In this document: positions 50,661-63,500 of the stretch, piece after piece
Layout of the letters: each line of letters opens with the position of its first letter
Position numbering within the stretch: position 1 is the stretch's first letter
NCBI GenBank assembly: GCA_965153285.1
Contig: OZ229111.1
Length of the DNA: 64,000 nt
Strand: one strand, 5' to 3'
Origin: Podarcis tiliguerta
Lineage: Eukaryota
Made by a program: the position numbers and the translations under genes
The notes under the pieces: generated by a model
Told to the model about the DNA's origin: nothing
The model's database searches: none
The model's input: only the letters and a program-made list of their open reading frames with translations

Positions 50661-52554
50661 GCTAACTAACTTCAACTGAATGAAATCTTCTGTGTTGTAG
50701 ATGCCACATCAATCTGACATGGTGCCTTGTAGCATTTATGCGCTCTTGGTGGGTTAAGTAGCCCTACTGGTGTCATTTGCTTCAACAACTTTGCATAATT
50801 TAACCAAGGGCTCAGAATTCCTTCCCTGTTAGCCTTGGATGTAAGAACAACTCCAGTTGGGAGTGTGGATACCGCGGTGAAAGAGGTTGGGGTCCACATT
50901 AGTCTACAAATGGCCATTGCCACTATTCATAGAATAATATATCCTGCAAAAGAACTTTGCAAACAAGAACATGGACAAGAACTCCTTTTCTGTTCTGAGG
51001 GCATGTATGTGAGTGGTTGGCACAGAAATCACTACCCCTAAGTCAGGGGTTTTCAGACTTGTGTTCAGGAAAACTAGGGTTTTTTCCCCAGAAGGGGTAA
51101 GGAACAAAGGAAGCTTCCTGATACCTATTCAAACCACTGGTCCATCTAACTCAGTACAGTATTGTCTATGCTGACTCTCCAGGGTTTTAAGTGTTCTGTA
51201 CCACTGAGCTAGGGCTCTTCTTCACTGTTCTACCATGGGAAAGGTTCCAGAAAGATGGGCAAGCTTTCTCTACAGGCACTCTGCCCACAATTCCAAATCT
51301 TCCCTTGTAATGCGCAGCTACAGGAGACAATTAGGTGTGTTCTCACTCTTAACAGGAGGCAATCATGAAAGTCTGCAGACAAGCTAACATGGGAAAGAGG
51401 CTGCTGAAACTAGGAAGTTAAGAGACCATTGCTATAGACGAGTGTTTACCATACCAGACTTGACTCACTGTTGGAGCTTGTGGCTTCTGAAACCTATCAA
51501 AGTAACAGAATTCCAGAAGAAAGTGAAAAATCCAGATAAAGCTGTGGGTGGGGAAGTTGCTCAGGTTACACAGAATTGCCTTCCCTGTACTCTTATGTTA
51601 TTTTTGTTTAAGGAAGGGGAGTAATTATTTTATAAACGCTCCTGAATGTACAGTGTCTGGTATCACTTTCATGCTATCAGGATCTAGTTGTTGATCTCAG
51701 TGCGAAAGGCAAACTGCATTTTTTTCCAAAGGAGTACAAAAGTCCTATCTTTGCTCTCTTAGAGCCAATTCGCATGACTACTCTCTCATCTCTAAGGTAA
51801 TGTTTGCAATGGGTTGTATATGGAGGGTCATTTTGTTAGCAATCTCTAGCACAGGTTGGGTTGTCTTACTGCCATCCACCATGGAGGCCTTGGTAATGGA
51901 CTTCAAGAAGAGACAGCAATGAAAAAAATGATGCAGAGTGAGAAACTAGATTAGAGACTGGGGTCAGGAAATCACCAGGATCATTTAAACTTCAATCCTG
52001 GGAGCAAGTCCCATTGGACTCAACTTGCATTTCTTGTGAGCAAAAATTAAGTGGAATGGTTTTATTTCAGATGAGGCCAGGCTATTTCCCTTTGGTCTGA
52101 AATTTGTTCATTCACATTTATGGAGAATCCAGACAACTTCTGTGGAAAGCAGTTGTATTCCAGTGTTTTCTGTGTTGGACTATGCTTCTTCCTGTTTTTT
52201 TCAGTCCTGATCTGTGGCATTAAAAAATATTACAAAGACAGTTGCAGTGCTGGCCTGTCCAGTGTGAGCATGCAAAGTGCTATTGAGGCTTTTCAGAACT
52301 CCTGCATCTTTGATTAAAACTTTCCTTCATACTGGTTCCACCCTTTTATTGCTTTCTGTTGAGCAGGGCAGTGGGATTAATGAAGGATGGCCCATTAATT
52401 TCCCCTGTTAGCTTCCTTAATCACCCTTTAATGTAAGTTTCTATTCTTGCTGGGAGTGGGGAACTGGCTGTAATTACTACTTTCTTGTAGTTTTGAATAG
52501 TGAAATATTTGCTTACCTATTTTATTTAAAATATTTTTTTATCCTATTATTCAG

Positions 52555-52629
52555 TCCAAAAAGGCTCCTAGAGCTGAGAAGCTGCAGCACCTGCTGCCTT
52601 CTGCACTGGCTCCTTCTTCTTTGCCCCAG
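52555..52629 (+). CDS. Candidate 75-nt in-frame cassette exon (SKKAPRAEKLQHLLPSALAPSSLPQ)
   Basis: T-rich acceptor ending TTCAG with a ~50-nt AG-free zone and a CTTAC branch-like motif. Consensus donor CAG|GTAAGT. 25 stop-free codons in phase 0. Could be a pseudo-exon. Confidence 0.3.
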
Positions 52630-52845
52630 GTAAGTTTGGTGGCCCTGGAGTGGGGGCAAGGGCAGGTGGAGGTGGTGAAGTGAGCAACAGCTGCTCAAGG
52701 TGCAAGTCAAGCTGGCCTAGTTCATAGCCTACTTGTCTTAGGCCACAAACCAGTCTCTGCTCAACCTGCATTTCTTGTGGATGTCCAACAGGGATGGCTT
52801 GTATAAGCACTCCTTTTCATCTTTAAACACCATCGTATCTTGGAT

Positions 52846-53196
52846 CAGGGGTTCCCGAACTGTGGTTCACGGACCATCAGTGGCCTGCAAGCTTCATTGA
52901 GGTGGTCCTTGGTGCACCCATGGATTTGTGGTTGAAGACGGGAGATGGCACATCCATCACATATTAAATATTCATGTTGAATTACAATTGTAATTCAAAT
53001 CATATGGGACTCAAAGTGTAATACTATAAAATACAGTATATAAGAATCAGTAATCGATAAAAATACAATTAAAAATCATATAGCACCTGGCACTGCACAC
53101 TACAATTGCTACAACAGGCAGAAAAAATATCAAGTGGTCCTCCAAGACCTTCATCAATTTTCAAGTGGTCTGCAAGGGAGGGAAAGGGAACCATTG
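52846..53196. mobile_element. hAT-type non-autonomous element
   Basis: TIRs CAGGGGTTCCC / GGGAACCATTG, GTGGTC subterminal repeats, AT-rich core. Confidence 0.75.
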
Positions 53197-54236
53197 CTTT
53201 AATACACTCTGGCAGCTAGATTCTGTGTCATGTTACCCTGCTCATTGGAGTCATGGTGGGAATGCCCAAAGCAAGTTGTAAAGATCCTACCTCCAGATAA
53301 GTCTTTTAACATGCATACTTGAAACCTAGTTACTAAAGTTTTGTCTCACTGGCTTTACAAAATCATGCTTGCACCTCTATCCTTTGTTGCCCAGGAGCTC
53401 CTGCAGTCCATGGAAATTTGGCATCCTGTTTGTCTCTTGTCTCTATTACTTAAAGGATGCCAAGGCGCGTATTGAGGGTGTTGTTGCAGGCAGAACAATC
53501 TGGTGATGTTTTTTTTCTTCAGCTGTGACTAATGTTTGACTTTTTAAAAAGAAAAGAAAAGAAAATGTATATAATTGGGGAATAAGAAGATTTCTCATGC
53601 TACTGCTGCAGTTCAGATTCGATAGCAATTGTCATGACAAGCATTGTTGCCCGTTGGCTGTGTGTATGTGTGTTTGTGTTTAAAAGCACAAACACTCCAG
53701 TTATATTCTGCATGTCTTGGGGTGTGTTGATTGAAGCTATTGTCAACAAGAGATGGAAACTAATTTTTTCTCATTGTGCTTGAAAATCTTTTTGAGGACC
53801 AGCTAACAAGCCTTTGAAATGGCCCCTGTGTTGGGTTTTGTGCTGTAAGATGCTTGTTTTGCTCAGCCACTTATACACTGTGTACTCAGTAAGCCAGGAT
53901 CTGTACAGCTTGCTAACACAATCTTGCAAGTACACATCAAGGTCTAAAAATGTGCTCAAAGCCAGAAAACTGGAATTTTCCTTGCTGGATTCCTTGTAGT
54001 ATTTCCCACTACAGACAAGCTGTTTCTCAACTGAAGAGTGTCTTCTTGCCTCTTTAGCTGTGGGAAATGCCATGAGCAAAACAAAAGGTATGCGGTTCTC
54101 TCTCCCACAAACGTGCAACCTTTCTTTGGAGCCTAGCATAGTATTTTCAGGCGATACTGCATGGTAGCTTCTTGTAATTCCAGTTGGGCCTTTGTAATGC
54201 TCTTGTCAGACCCCAGCAAGGAGTCAAGACCTAGGC

Positions 54237-54487
54237 CAGGGGTCAGCAAAATTTTTCAGCAGGGAGCAGGTCCACTGTCCCTCAGACCTTGTGGGGGCCT
54301 GGACTATATTTTGGAAAAAAATAATGAACGAATTCCTATGCCCCCAAAATAACCCAGAGATGCATTTTAAATAAAAGCACACATTCTACTCATGTAAAAA
54401 TACGCTGATTCCTGGACTGTCCACAGGCCGGATTTAGAAGGCGATTGGGCCGGATCTGGCCCCCGGGCCTTAGTTTGCCTACCCATG
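54237..54487 (+). mobile_element. Complete hAT-type MITE with perfect 8-bp TSD
   Basis: Imperfect TIRs CAGGGGTCAGCAAA / TTTGCCTACCCATG; TSD ACCTAGGC at 54229-54236 and 54488-54495. Confidence 0.93.
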
Positions 54488-57002
54488 ACCTAGGCTATTG
54501 CGTTCCAGGATGCAGGTGCCAGAAGCTCCGCCACTGTGCAAAAGTCCTTTCCAGAAGCTGCAATTCAGAGAACCAGGCTACATTAATAGGAGCTAGTAAT
54601 GAATACAGCAGCAACCACTTCTATTATAGTGCTAAACTCATTTATGGGCTCATCCACACTTAACCTTTCTAATGTGTGCAGTGAAATCCTCTACATGTTT
54701 ATTTGGGGGGGGGGGGAGTTAAATGGAGAATAGTCTCTAATAACTTTGTTTAGGATTGCAAATTTAAAGTGTGAGCAGATACAGGTTTTTCACCATGCAA
54801 AGTACTCTTCTATTCATTCTTTTTGGACCACAACCTGTTTGTATTAAATTTAGACAATGCAAACTGAGCAATTTTTAGAAAGACTCGCTATAATTGGGTG
54901 TTGTTGTTTAAATCCTATTTATATTCCACTTTAAAAAGAGAGAGGACATCACCTTTTATCCCCTCCTGCAGCTTATTCTCTGCCTGCAGATGGATATGAC
55001 GGTACCTAGTGGGGGACGCATTCAGATTTTTCCTCCTGGCTTGTGTACAGCGTAGCCCATGCATGTTTAAAGTCTTGATGGAAGAAAGATTTTTGTGGGT
55101 TGCAAACTCCTTCTCCTTTCCCCTTTTGTGGCTATTGTCTAAGGTGTCCTCGCCAGCCGCTTGCATCTATCTCTGCATATTCATTTCTGCATTATTGCTG
55201 GGAACATGGGGAGTCTTATCAGAAGCATCCTGGCTCATCTAGAACCAAGCCCAGCAGTAGGCATGGTAATAAGTTCAGATGCTGTATTTAGATGCACAGA
55301 CCAAAGGAGTGTTGCAGCACAACCAGTGGATTTTGCTACACAATACTGATGATTTTCACTGCTTCCTTTTCTTGTCTTCCTTGGCGCCACTGCTGGAGGA
55401 AGCTTTTAGAGAAGATCCAGCATAGGCCACAACAAACACACTGGGAGTTTGGCACTCAGCAAAGGAGGGTCAGAGGAGAGTCAGCTCCAAGAAATCCAAG
55501 GAGTTTGGCTGTCAGCTCATTTCGTTTGGCAAAGCTTTCGTGTAGTTGCAAGGAAATTTGTAGTAACATTTGTAGTAAATACATGTATTCCTGGGACATC
55601 TCCATTTTCTGCATTACTTTTGCTGGGGATTGGGGGCATCCTGCTTTATTGCATTAGTCTGCCCACTGACCTCTCGGACCCTCACTGCACCGTCCTTGAG
55701 AGGAACAGTGTGAAACATCTGACTTGCTTAGCAAACACCCCAAACTGGGCTGAGATCTCTGAACTAGTAAACTTCTGTAACTTTTTTTTTTGTTTTTTTA
55801 AAAAAAAACAAATTGCTGAACATGGATTATCCCCATCCCTTGCATTTACTGAAAGTAGAAGTTCTAGTTTAGCTGGGCTTCTGACTTTCAGTAACTTCAC
55901 AACACAACATCACAGCCAACATGGCTCAGAGCCACTCTCCATTCGTACCGAACTCAGGATGCCAAAAATGGTGGCCCATTAGCATTTTTCCTGATGCAGC
56001 AGGGATGGTCAGCTAGGGTTAGTAAGAGTGCCAGATTTCTCTAGCAGCACTTGACTGGGGTAGAGCAGCCTATAAGAACTGAAAAGCAATCATAGTGCAA
56101 TCCACTTAATAAAGTAGTTCATGTATTGGGAGGGAGAGGAGAGGAGAGCAAAACAAGTCATGGGTAGGAAGTCCATTGCACACACCCTGCATTCAACAAA
56201 GTTCCTGTTCATTCCTTGTGATATATGATATATTCTATTAGAGGGTCTGATGACTTATGATTCAGAGCCATGATATAACATGCTACAAATGTTCCTGCAG
56301 CGACTTATTGCTGGTTTGTTCCGGGCTATCACATCATTTTGCTAGTCTTAAATCCAGCCTGAACAAGAGTGTGGAGAGATGTTCTACTGCCCTGTTCTGT
56401 TTAGGATGTTGTGTTGAGAAGATCAATGCTGTTGGCTGGATTTTTATGATCTCTAGAGAAGAATGTGGTTCACATCTGGTAGAGAACATGACACATCCCT
56501 GCCTTCTTTTATCCTAAGTTATATATTGATAGGCCAATCGCCACAACCACTCCTGAACAAAAATAAAAACACCCCCCTTCAGCAAACACACACACATATT
56601 GCATAGGAAGAACTGGTTCCTTCTTACACTGGTATAGTAAAGGTGTAATGTGTGATGGGGAGATAAATATTCCCATTTTGCAGTGGGCATGTCAGTCATG
56701 ACTGCTGTGGGAAAAGCTGGTATAGAGTTGATGGGGTGGCAGCAGTTGTGAGTCTGCTCTTTGTCCTCATGCATGAGCACAGACCATACATAGCATAATA
56801 TGTACGTAAATCAGATTGGAAGCCCCTTGCCTAAGTCTCTGATTTGCTCACTAGCAAAATTTTTTCTCTTGTGAATTCAGCCCAGATGAGAATTCGGTTC
56901 CTTAGAGATGAAGGCAGTGCAGAGTAACAGACGTGGTGTTCGAGATCTGTCATCAGATCTCCTGATTTTTCTCCTTTTCTTGAAAACATCTGTGAGGACA
57001 AG

Positions 57003-57296
57003 TGAGGGAGGGGGTGTCTGCTAATTTAATCTGGGAAGTGGCGCTGCTGGAGGATGTGTTTTAACCCTTCCAACCCCCCTACTCTTACTGTCAACCAGAC
57101 ACCCTCCCACCCCATGGAGAGAGAAAAATGCAAGCACCTTAAAGATAACTGCATTTTGCTCCCTGTTCAGCTAATGGTGACTCTGGGCAGAGGGGAGGGT
57201 TCAGTACAGGGAAATGGTGCCAGTTTGAAAGGGTTAAACATCCCCTCCACTGGCGCCACTTCCCAAATCAAATTAGCACACACCCCTCCCCTCTCA
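57003..57296. repeat. Long inverted repeat / fold-back element, probably a MITE
   Basis: ~70-bp arms (57003-57073 and 57223-57296) are reverse complements with few mismatches; inner arms GAGAAAAATGCA / TGCATTTTGCTC. Confidence 0.85.
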
Positions 57297-57512
57297 GCTG
57301 CCTTGAAGATGTCGGAAGATCTAATCACAAATCTTCCCATATCACATTTGTTTTGGCCCAATTTTACCACTCCTCTAGTTCCCTTGGTTCTGCAGAAAGC
57401 AAGAGATACTTGGAAGTAGCTAGTTTTATATTGGCACAGGTGCTGTTCTTTTTCTTTTGGTATTAAAAGGCGTTCCCCTCCCTCCTTTCCGTTCTCTCTG
57501 TTTCCATTGCAC

Positions 57513-57560
57513 ATGACTTTGCCGCTCCTGGCTTGCGTTGCTAGCAGCAGTGTAAGGAAA
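57513..57560 (+). CDS. Candidate alternative first coding exon of PPARGC1B (MTLPLLACVASSSVRK)
   Basis: ATG plus 15 codons ending at AAA|GTGAGT, phase 0 like exon 1. TATTAAAA at 57461-57468 and a local CpG excess. Kozak context is weak. No transcript evidence is available. Confidence 0.45.
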
Positions 57561-60500
57561 GTGAGTCGATATCAGCTGTCTGTGTGTACGAAGCCGGTTT
57601 TTCCTCCAACCACCCTTGGCGGCACCTGCCTCGCATCATCAATACGGTAGCTTTTGAGGACACTTCAAGGTCTGAGAAAGCTGCTGACGGGGACAGTTAC
57701 CAGGCACTCCATTGTGTGCCTTGTTCTCTTTGTAATACCAAGGAAAGGAAGGTATCGATGATCCAGCTCCTGCCCACAGGAAATTGCAACAGTAAAGAAC
57801 CTCTCCTCTGTGCCCCAGAGTTCTGTGCTGGCGTGAAGGTGATTTGGAGCAACCGGAAAACCTAGCACAATGACAATCAAAAGGCGTCTCTAGGAGATCC
57901 GTTCAGTACCAAATAGCGGCAGTGTGCCGGGAGTGGCTGTACCTGTCATGAGTAGCAGAGACTAATATACCTAGTTGCAACCGTCTCTGTTTGCTTATAT
58001 ATATTCATGAGCCAATTTAGCATATCTTTTGGTAACATTCTGCATCTGCTGGGTCATTTGGAAAAGCAGGATTGCAGAACTATGGAACCAGATGCCAGCC
58101 TAGGGTGCCAAGGTTAGGTTATCTGCTCTTTGCTGAAAGAAATGTAGTTTGCTTTGCATTCTCTGTGGTTGGTGGGGTGGGGGTGTCTGCAATGGTGTTA
58201 GGTGCAAAGGGCTTAGGCCATGAAGTCTGCAGGTGGATAGCAAGGTGGGGATGCAACAGGCACCGCCTGTCGAGGCTCCTGTACTGACTTATTTTTATTT
58301 TGCATAGCCTTATTTGGCAGACCAGTGGGCGTAGATGGAGCAGAGATCTTTTGCAGTGGCGATCCCAGATTCCCATTCTCTATTACTCTTTCTTCTTTCT
58401 CAAGCAGAGTCACAGTGCCGCCTTTATCTGTTTCCTGCTTTCTTCTCCTGCCCCCCTTCCAAAGTTTGAGCTGCAGCATTTCTTGCCAAGGTGACATTGG
58501 AGGCGTTGGAGTCCGCTTAAGGGCACCAGCTGCATTCAGAGTCCAGCAGCTCCTAGCCACCGAAAGCAACAGTATCAAAGGAGTGGATGATGGTCTGCTC
58601 CCAAGCAGGGAGATGGATTAGATAAAAGCAAGGTAGAGATGCAGCACAGTTGGGCCCCGGGTAACTGGAGCTGCTGCTCACATGACGTTTGCAAGCTGCT
58701 TTCCTTGCTGCCGGAGAGCTGGAGCCATTCAAAGTTTATGAAGGGGGCATATTATGCAGCTACCTTGAAACGCTATTGTGTGCTGTGCCAGGCATGTAAG
58801 CCCATTTTAGCAAATAGCCTCCTCCAGAGATGAAGCTGCACCTTGGGTTTCATCCTCTGGCTGCAGTTCTTTTGACCAGAAGCCCCCAGAGAGGGGGGGG
58901 GGTAAATCCAGATTTAAGTTCTTTCAGAACTTTTGGATAGAAGTGATCATATGCTTTTCCCTTTCTAGGCAAAGGGTCAAGCCCCAGTCTTCCCCCAAAT
59001 ACAGGTTTCCAACATCAGTTTTCCTCTGTGGTAAATAGCATATCAGGCACTGGTGCCAGGAGATCTGTAGATTTGAATGGGAGTGGAGGGACTGGTCAAA
59101 CAAACCTAAATTAATGTAAGTATTTTTTTTTCTAGTAACAAGGATAAGAAGGCAAGATGATGGGGAAATGTCATACCCTCATCTATCTATCTTTTTACCA
59201 AGAACATTTTGGTTCTGGTTGCCTGGAGAACAAGCAGTGCAGGGTAGAGAACAGCCCTACCTGACTCCTGCGGAATTCTAGATTCTCCTGGAGAAAGGGT
59301 TTGTGGGTTGGGGGTTATGCTTTCTGCAAACAGTTTCCCTTCATTTGTACCTTGGCAAACACAATACAAAATGCTTCCTAATTAATAGATCTATTGTGCC
59401 CAGTAGTCAGGCACTGGCTGCTTGTCATTTTGAATCTACGCTCCAGGCTCACAGGGTCCTCGAGATGATATCTCCCTCACGTCCTCCTCGTGACCCAGAA
59501 AATGAGGTTTCTGGAAATGACATTTCTCAAGGCAAGGCACTTGCAAGGAGACAGCGAGGTGAATGTGGGGTCCTAGGCAACTCTAGCAATAAAATAGGTA
59601 TGGCTTGGCTAGACCAGGCTGGTGATGGAACATATGATTTAGTCATCTCCTGAGTGGATGGTTGTTCTTGAGGACAGATTTGAGCTACAGGGTGAGTGGG
59701 TACATGTTTTCATATGTACATACGCATACCGGGTCAACCTTCTGAAAAATATTCAAAAGTATTATTTATTACTCAGTTCTTGGCACCTTCTTGCCATTTG
59801 TTATCCTGAACTATTGTAGTGCACTCAAGGGGGAATAACATGATCTATGGTAATATGATAATTGTTACCCTTCATAATCGAATGAATAATTGCCCTTTCT
59901 AAATTATTGCTTTTTTAAAAAAACAATAGCACGCAACTCACACTTGTATGCCAAGCCCAGGTCTGAGTCGGGTACGTCCTGATCTAGCAGGCTAGTTGTG
60001 CCCTGCACCCGTCTTCTAAAGATTCATCTTCTGATATTAAAAACGACTCAAAGAATGTGATTTCCATATTTGCTGATATTTTGAAAGTAAATTATATCGA
60101 GACGTGATAGTTTGGCCCATATTCCTGCAAAAGCTTTGCTCCAGTTAAATATTTTCTCAGAGTGGCTAGAGACTTGCATAACACAACTCTTTAAATCAAG
60201 TGCAATTCTGGATTTAATGGCTCTGCATTGAGAAAGATGGGGGGAGGCACTCTCTTCTTAGCAAAGCTTGCAATGAGATTGGCTGTGGTGCTCTCAGACA
60301 TATGGGCAACCTCACATCAAAACCCACAGCCTGATGGCCTTACCATTGCCAGCACCAGTGCGGGTACTAAGTGTTGATACATCCATGGAATGCAACTGAG
60401 ACATCACAAGTGATAACACTTCACCTTTGAATGGATTTTCTTCTTGGTCGCATAGGTAGATTTTTAGCCAATGATTGGGAGAATAATGCTTGGCACTGAA

Positions 60501-63500
60501 AGAAGAGAGTTTGAACGGATCTTGGTGAGAGAGCCATCCTGCTTCTCAGCCCATTCTTCCACTTTCTTTATCTGCTGCCCAAAATTTCCTCCCAACAAGA
60601 GGAACCTGTGGCCATTGAGATATTGTTGCTGGACCACACAACCTGTCATTTATTACCATTGGCCATCCTGGACAGCTATATGTACTCCAGTCCAATAGGC
60701 TTCTATGATTGGTGATTGAGGAAAAGGAGAATCTGTAGTACAGAACTTTAATTCAGAGTCTGGAAAGTATGTCTTCCCCTTATTGTAGCTTTTCATTTCT
60801 TCAGTGTAGTTGCACGTATAGGTGGGATGTGAAGATTCTAGACCTCTGGCTGATATACGGATGGTTTCAACCCATGAGAACATAATATATGGCAGTGCAG
60901 TCCTGCACCTAATTCACACTCTGTTCATACTTTTTCCGGTGTTGTGGATTATTAACCTTCAGTCTGAAGTGTCTTGTTGTAGAAGTACCATGAAATAAAG
61001 GGCAAATAAAAGGTTTTCCGGCAGAACAGGAATTGTCAAACAGGCAAACCGATGAAAAAGGGTAATATTTGGGCAGTGCAGACAAATGTCTGAATCTTGG
61101 AGGGTGTGTATGGAATATTCGCTTAGATCCAGACAGATTCTATTGCTCTTCCCTCCCCACCCATCTTCATTCATTCATTCTCCTCTGGACATTAACACTC
61201 TGAGGACATGAGGACAGTATTTCTGGAGTCCCTAGATAGTCCATTTCCTCTGTGTCTTCACAACAAATTTGTACTCCGGATCCCTGTGACCTAAACAAAT
61301 GTCATAACTTTGCATTGTGTGCAGACCATTAATACCAATGAGTTAATCAGATGCCATGAATAATAGAAGTTTTTCTCATCTACTGTTAGCTTTTAAGCTC
61401 AGGGTGACTGTATCTCTGAGCCTGCCAGATGTCAATACACTGGTGCCTTGTTGGTAACTCAGATACTGTAGTAAGGGAAGAGTATTAGAGGAACCCATGT
61501 AGGACAGAATGGAAAATATGGGTGCTGCTTTAAGGCTGCAGCCATTCATTTTGTGCTGACTCCAGTTTATACTCTCCAGCAGCGCTGAGAGAAAAACTGC
61601 AAAAATGTTGGCCTTCAGGAAAGAGTGTCTCTACCCTATGCATGCCCTTGGCTATGTTTCCCAAAAAATCTTATAATAACAGGGATTGTAGTTGAGCAGG
61701 GATAATTGTTGCCATGATGGGAGATGTGTCTGGTCATGCCACAACATCTTCAGAAATTTTCCACCGGGAAGGGATGGACCCTAATAAGATATGTTGCAAT
61801 GATGTGTTAATAGACGTAAGTAAAGAAGAAACATGGAAGTCCTCCTTTGATGGCAATGTAGAAAGCGCATAAGGTGCAAACAAACTGCAGGACAATGGGG
61901 GTTAGGAAAGTGTCACAATGGCCCCGGGAGTGGATTAAATATTTATAAACTAAAAAAAACCCTGGAATGGTTCCTTCCCATATGACAGTTTTCAGAGTTG
62001 CAGTTGCAGAGTGGTGGGGTTTTTTTAGTGTTGGTTTTTTTTAATGAGAGCTCTAGAGATAATATTCGTTTGCTCACAGCATTGTTAAATTATCATAGCT
62101 AATTATTGGAGCTCTTTATAAGTGGACTTTTTCCATTCATCTGTTAGGCTGAAAGGTTGGAAGGGCCAACCTAAAATTCATTTGTGATTGTAAAAAACTC
62201 ACCCTTGATCAAAAGCGTAACAAGGGGTTAGAAGAGGAAAAAGACCCACCCTCCATGTATTAAAAGGGTGAGAAAAATCAGTGTGGACAAAAATAGCTGA
62301 CTATTTAAGGGTGGGTTTGTTAGCAATTATAATCGTATCATTGGGAAATTATTTTTATTCTGGATGAATTATCTGAGCTGAGTGTATGATGCTGAGAATG
62401 CTTACTGAAAAGCAGGAGGCTACAGGGGGTCCGAATGTGATATCTGGCCTCACTGTTTGCTGCCAGCACTGGGGGCCCTGAACCATGAGATTCTCACACA
62501 ACTGTGAACTGTGGAGAAGGGGGGGAGACATCATACAGTTGCTGGAAGGTGTACCCCATTGAGTAGGGCAGACTGGGAAAAAACTGTAGGGTTGCCAAAT
62601 AGACAACAAAATATATTCAGAGCTTTTGCCTCTCACACACAGTGCCTAGATTATGATAATACAATATACTGCATGGGACACCACCAGACATCTTTTCTTT
62701 TGTGGCTTCGATGGCATCATGGTGGTTATATGTGATCCCATTTTCAATAAGTTTTGCACCTGCTTTATTTCCAGTTGGTGGATGTCTTGTAACTTCCTGC
62801 AGAAATCCTGCAACTTTTTGTACCACATGCATTCTGGGGCATTTTTTATTTGTCCTCCTTTTGTTGCAAGAGGGGCCTCCCAGACAGCAGTAATGCAGTA
62901 ACATGGGGGAAGCCTCACAGAACAAGAAATAAAGGTGAATGATGTGTGGAAGGTCCAGGAAAAACCCAACACTAACACACTATTGTTGCATCAATGACAT
63001 GTTGCAGCACGCACCTGGAAAAAAACAAACCACCAATCTGGAAGGACTCTGTATTCTGTGGCTATCTAGTTACGGCTTTCTCCTGGAGTGCAAACTTTCA
63101 TTTCAGAACTATAAATTTCAGGCCCCTCCAATTCTTGAGCACAGGGGCAGTTCTATTGTTGGGAACCTGGCCATGTCTTGTTGCTTGTCTTAAAACAATA
63201 CCTGCTTTTTAAGGCTTACATATTTGTCCCGAGAAACTGACTGCTCTTTCTTTCCTGGCATTTTTCTCAGAACTGCAGAAGGCACTGTGAGACTTGAGCA
63301 GGTTCAGAAGTGAGAGCAGAAGTCTGAACATTAGGAGGGTACCTGCCAGTCCCCATAGCCAAGTCCTACAGGCTCTAAGATGGGGCAGTTGCCACAACCT
63401 GGTTTCATTCTTAATGCTGCTCATCACTTGAGGAAGTTTGGTGTTTACTCTTGTCTGCTAGTTGAAGTATTTCTCCAAGTTGCCTGCCATTAGTGGATAC

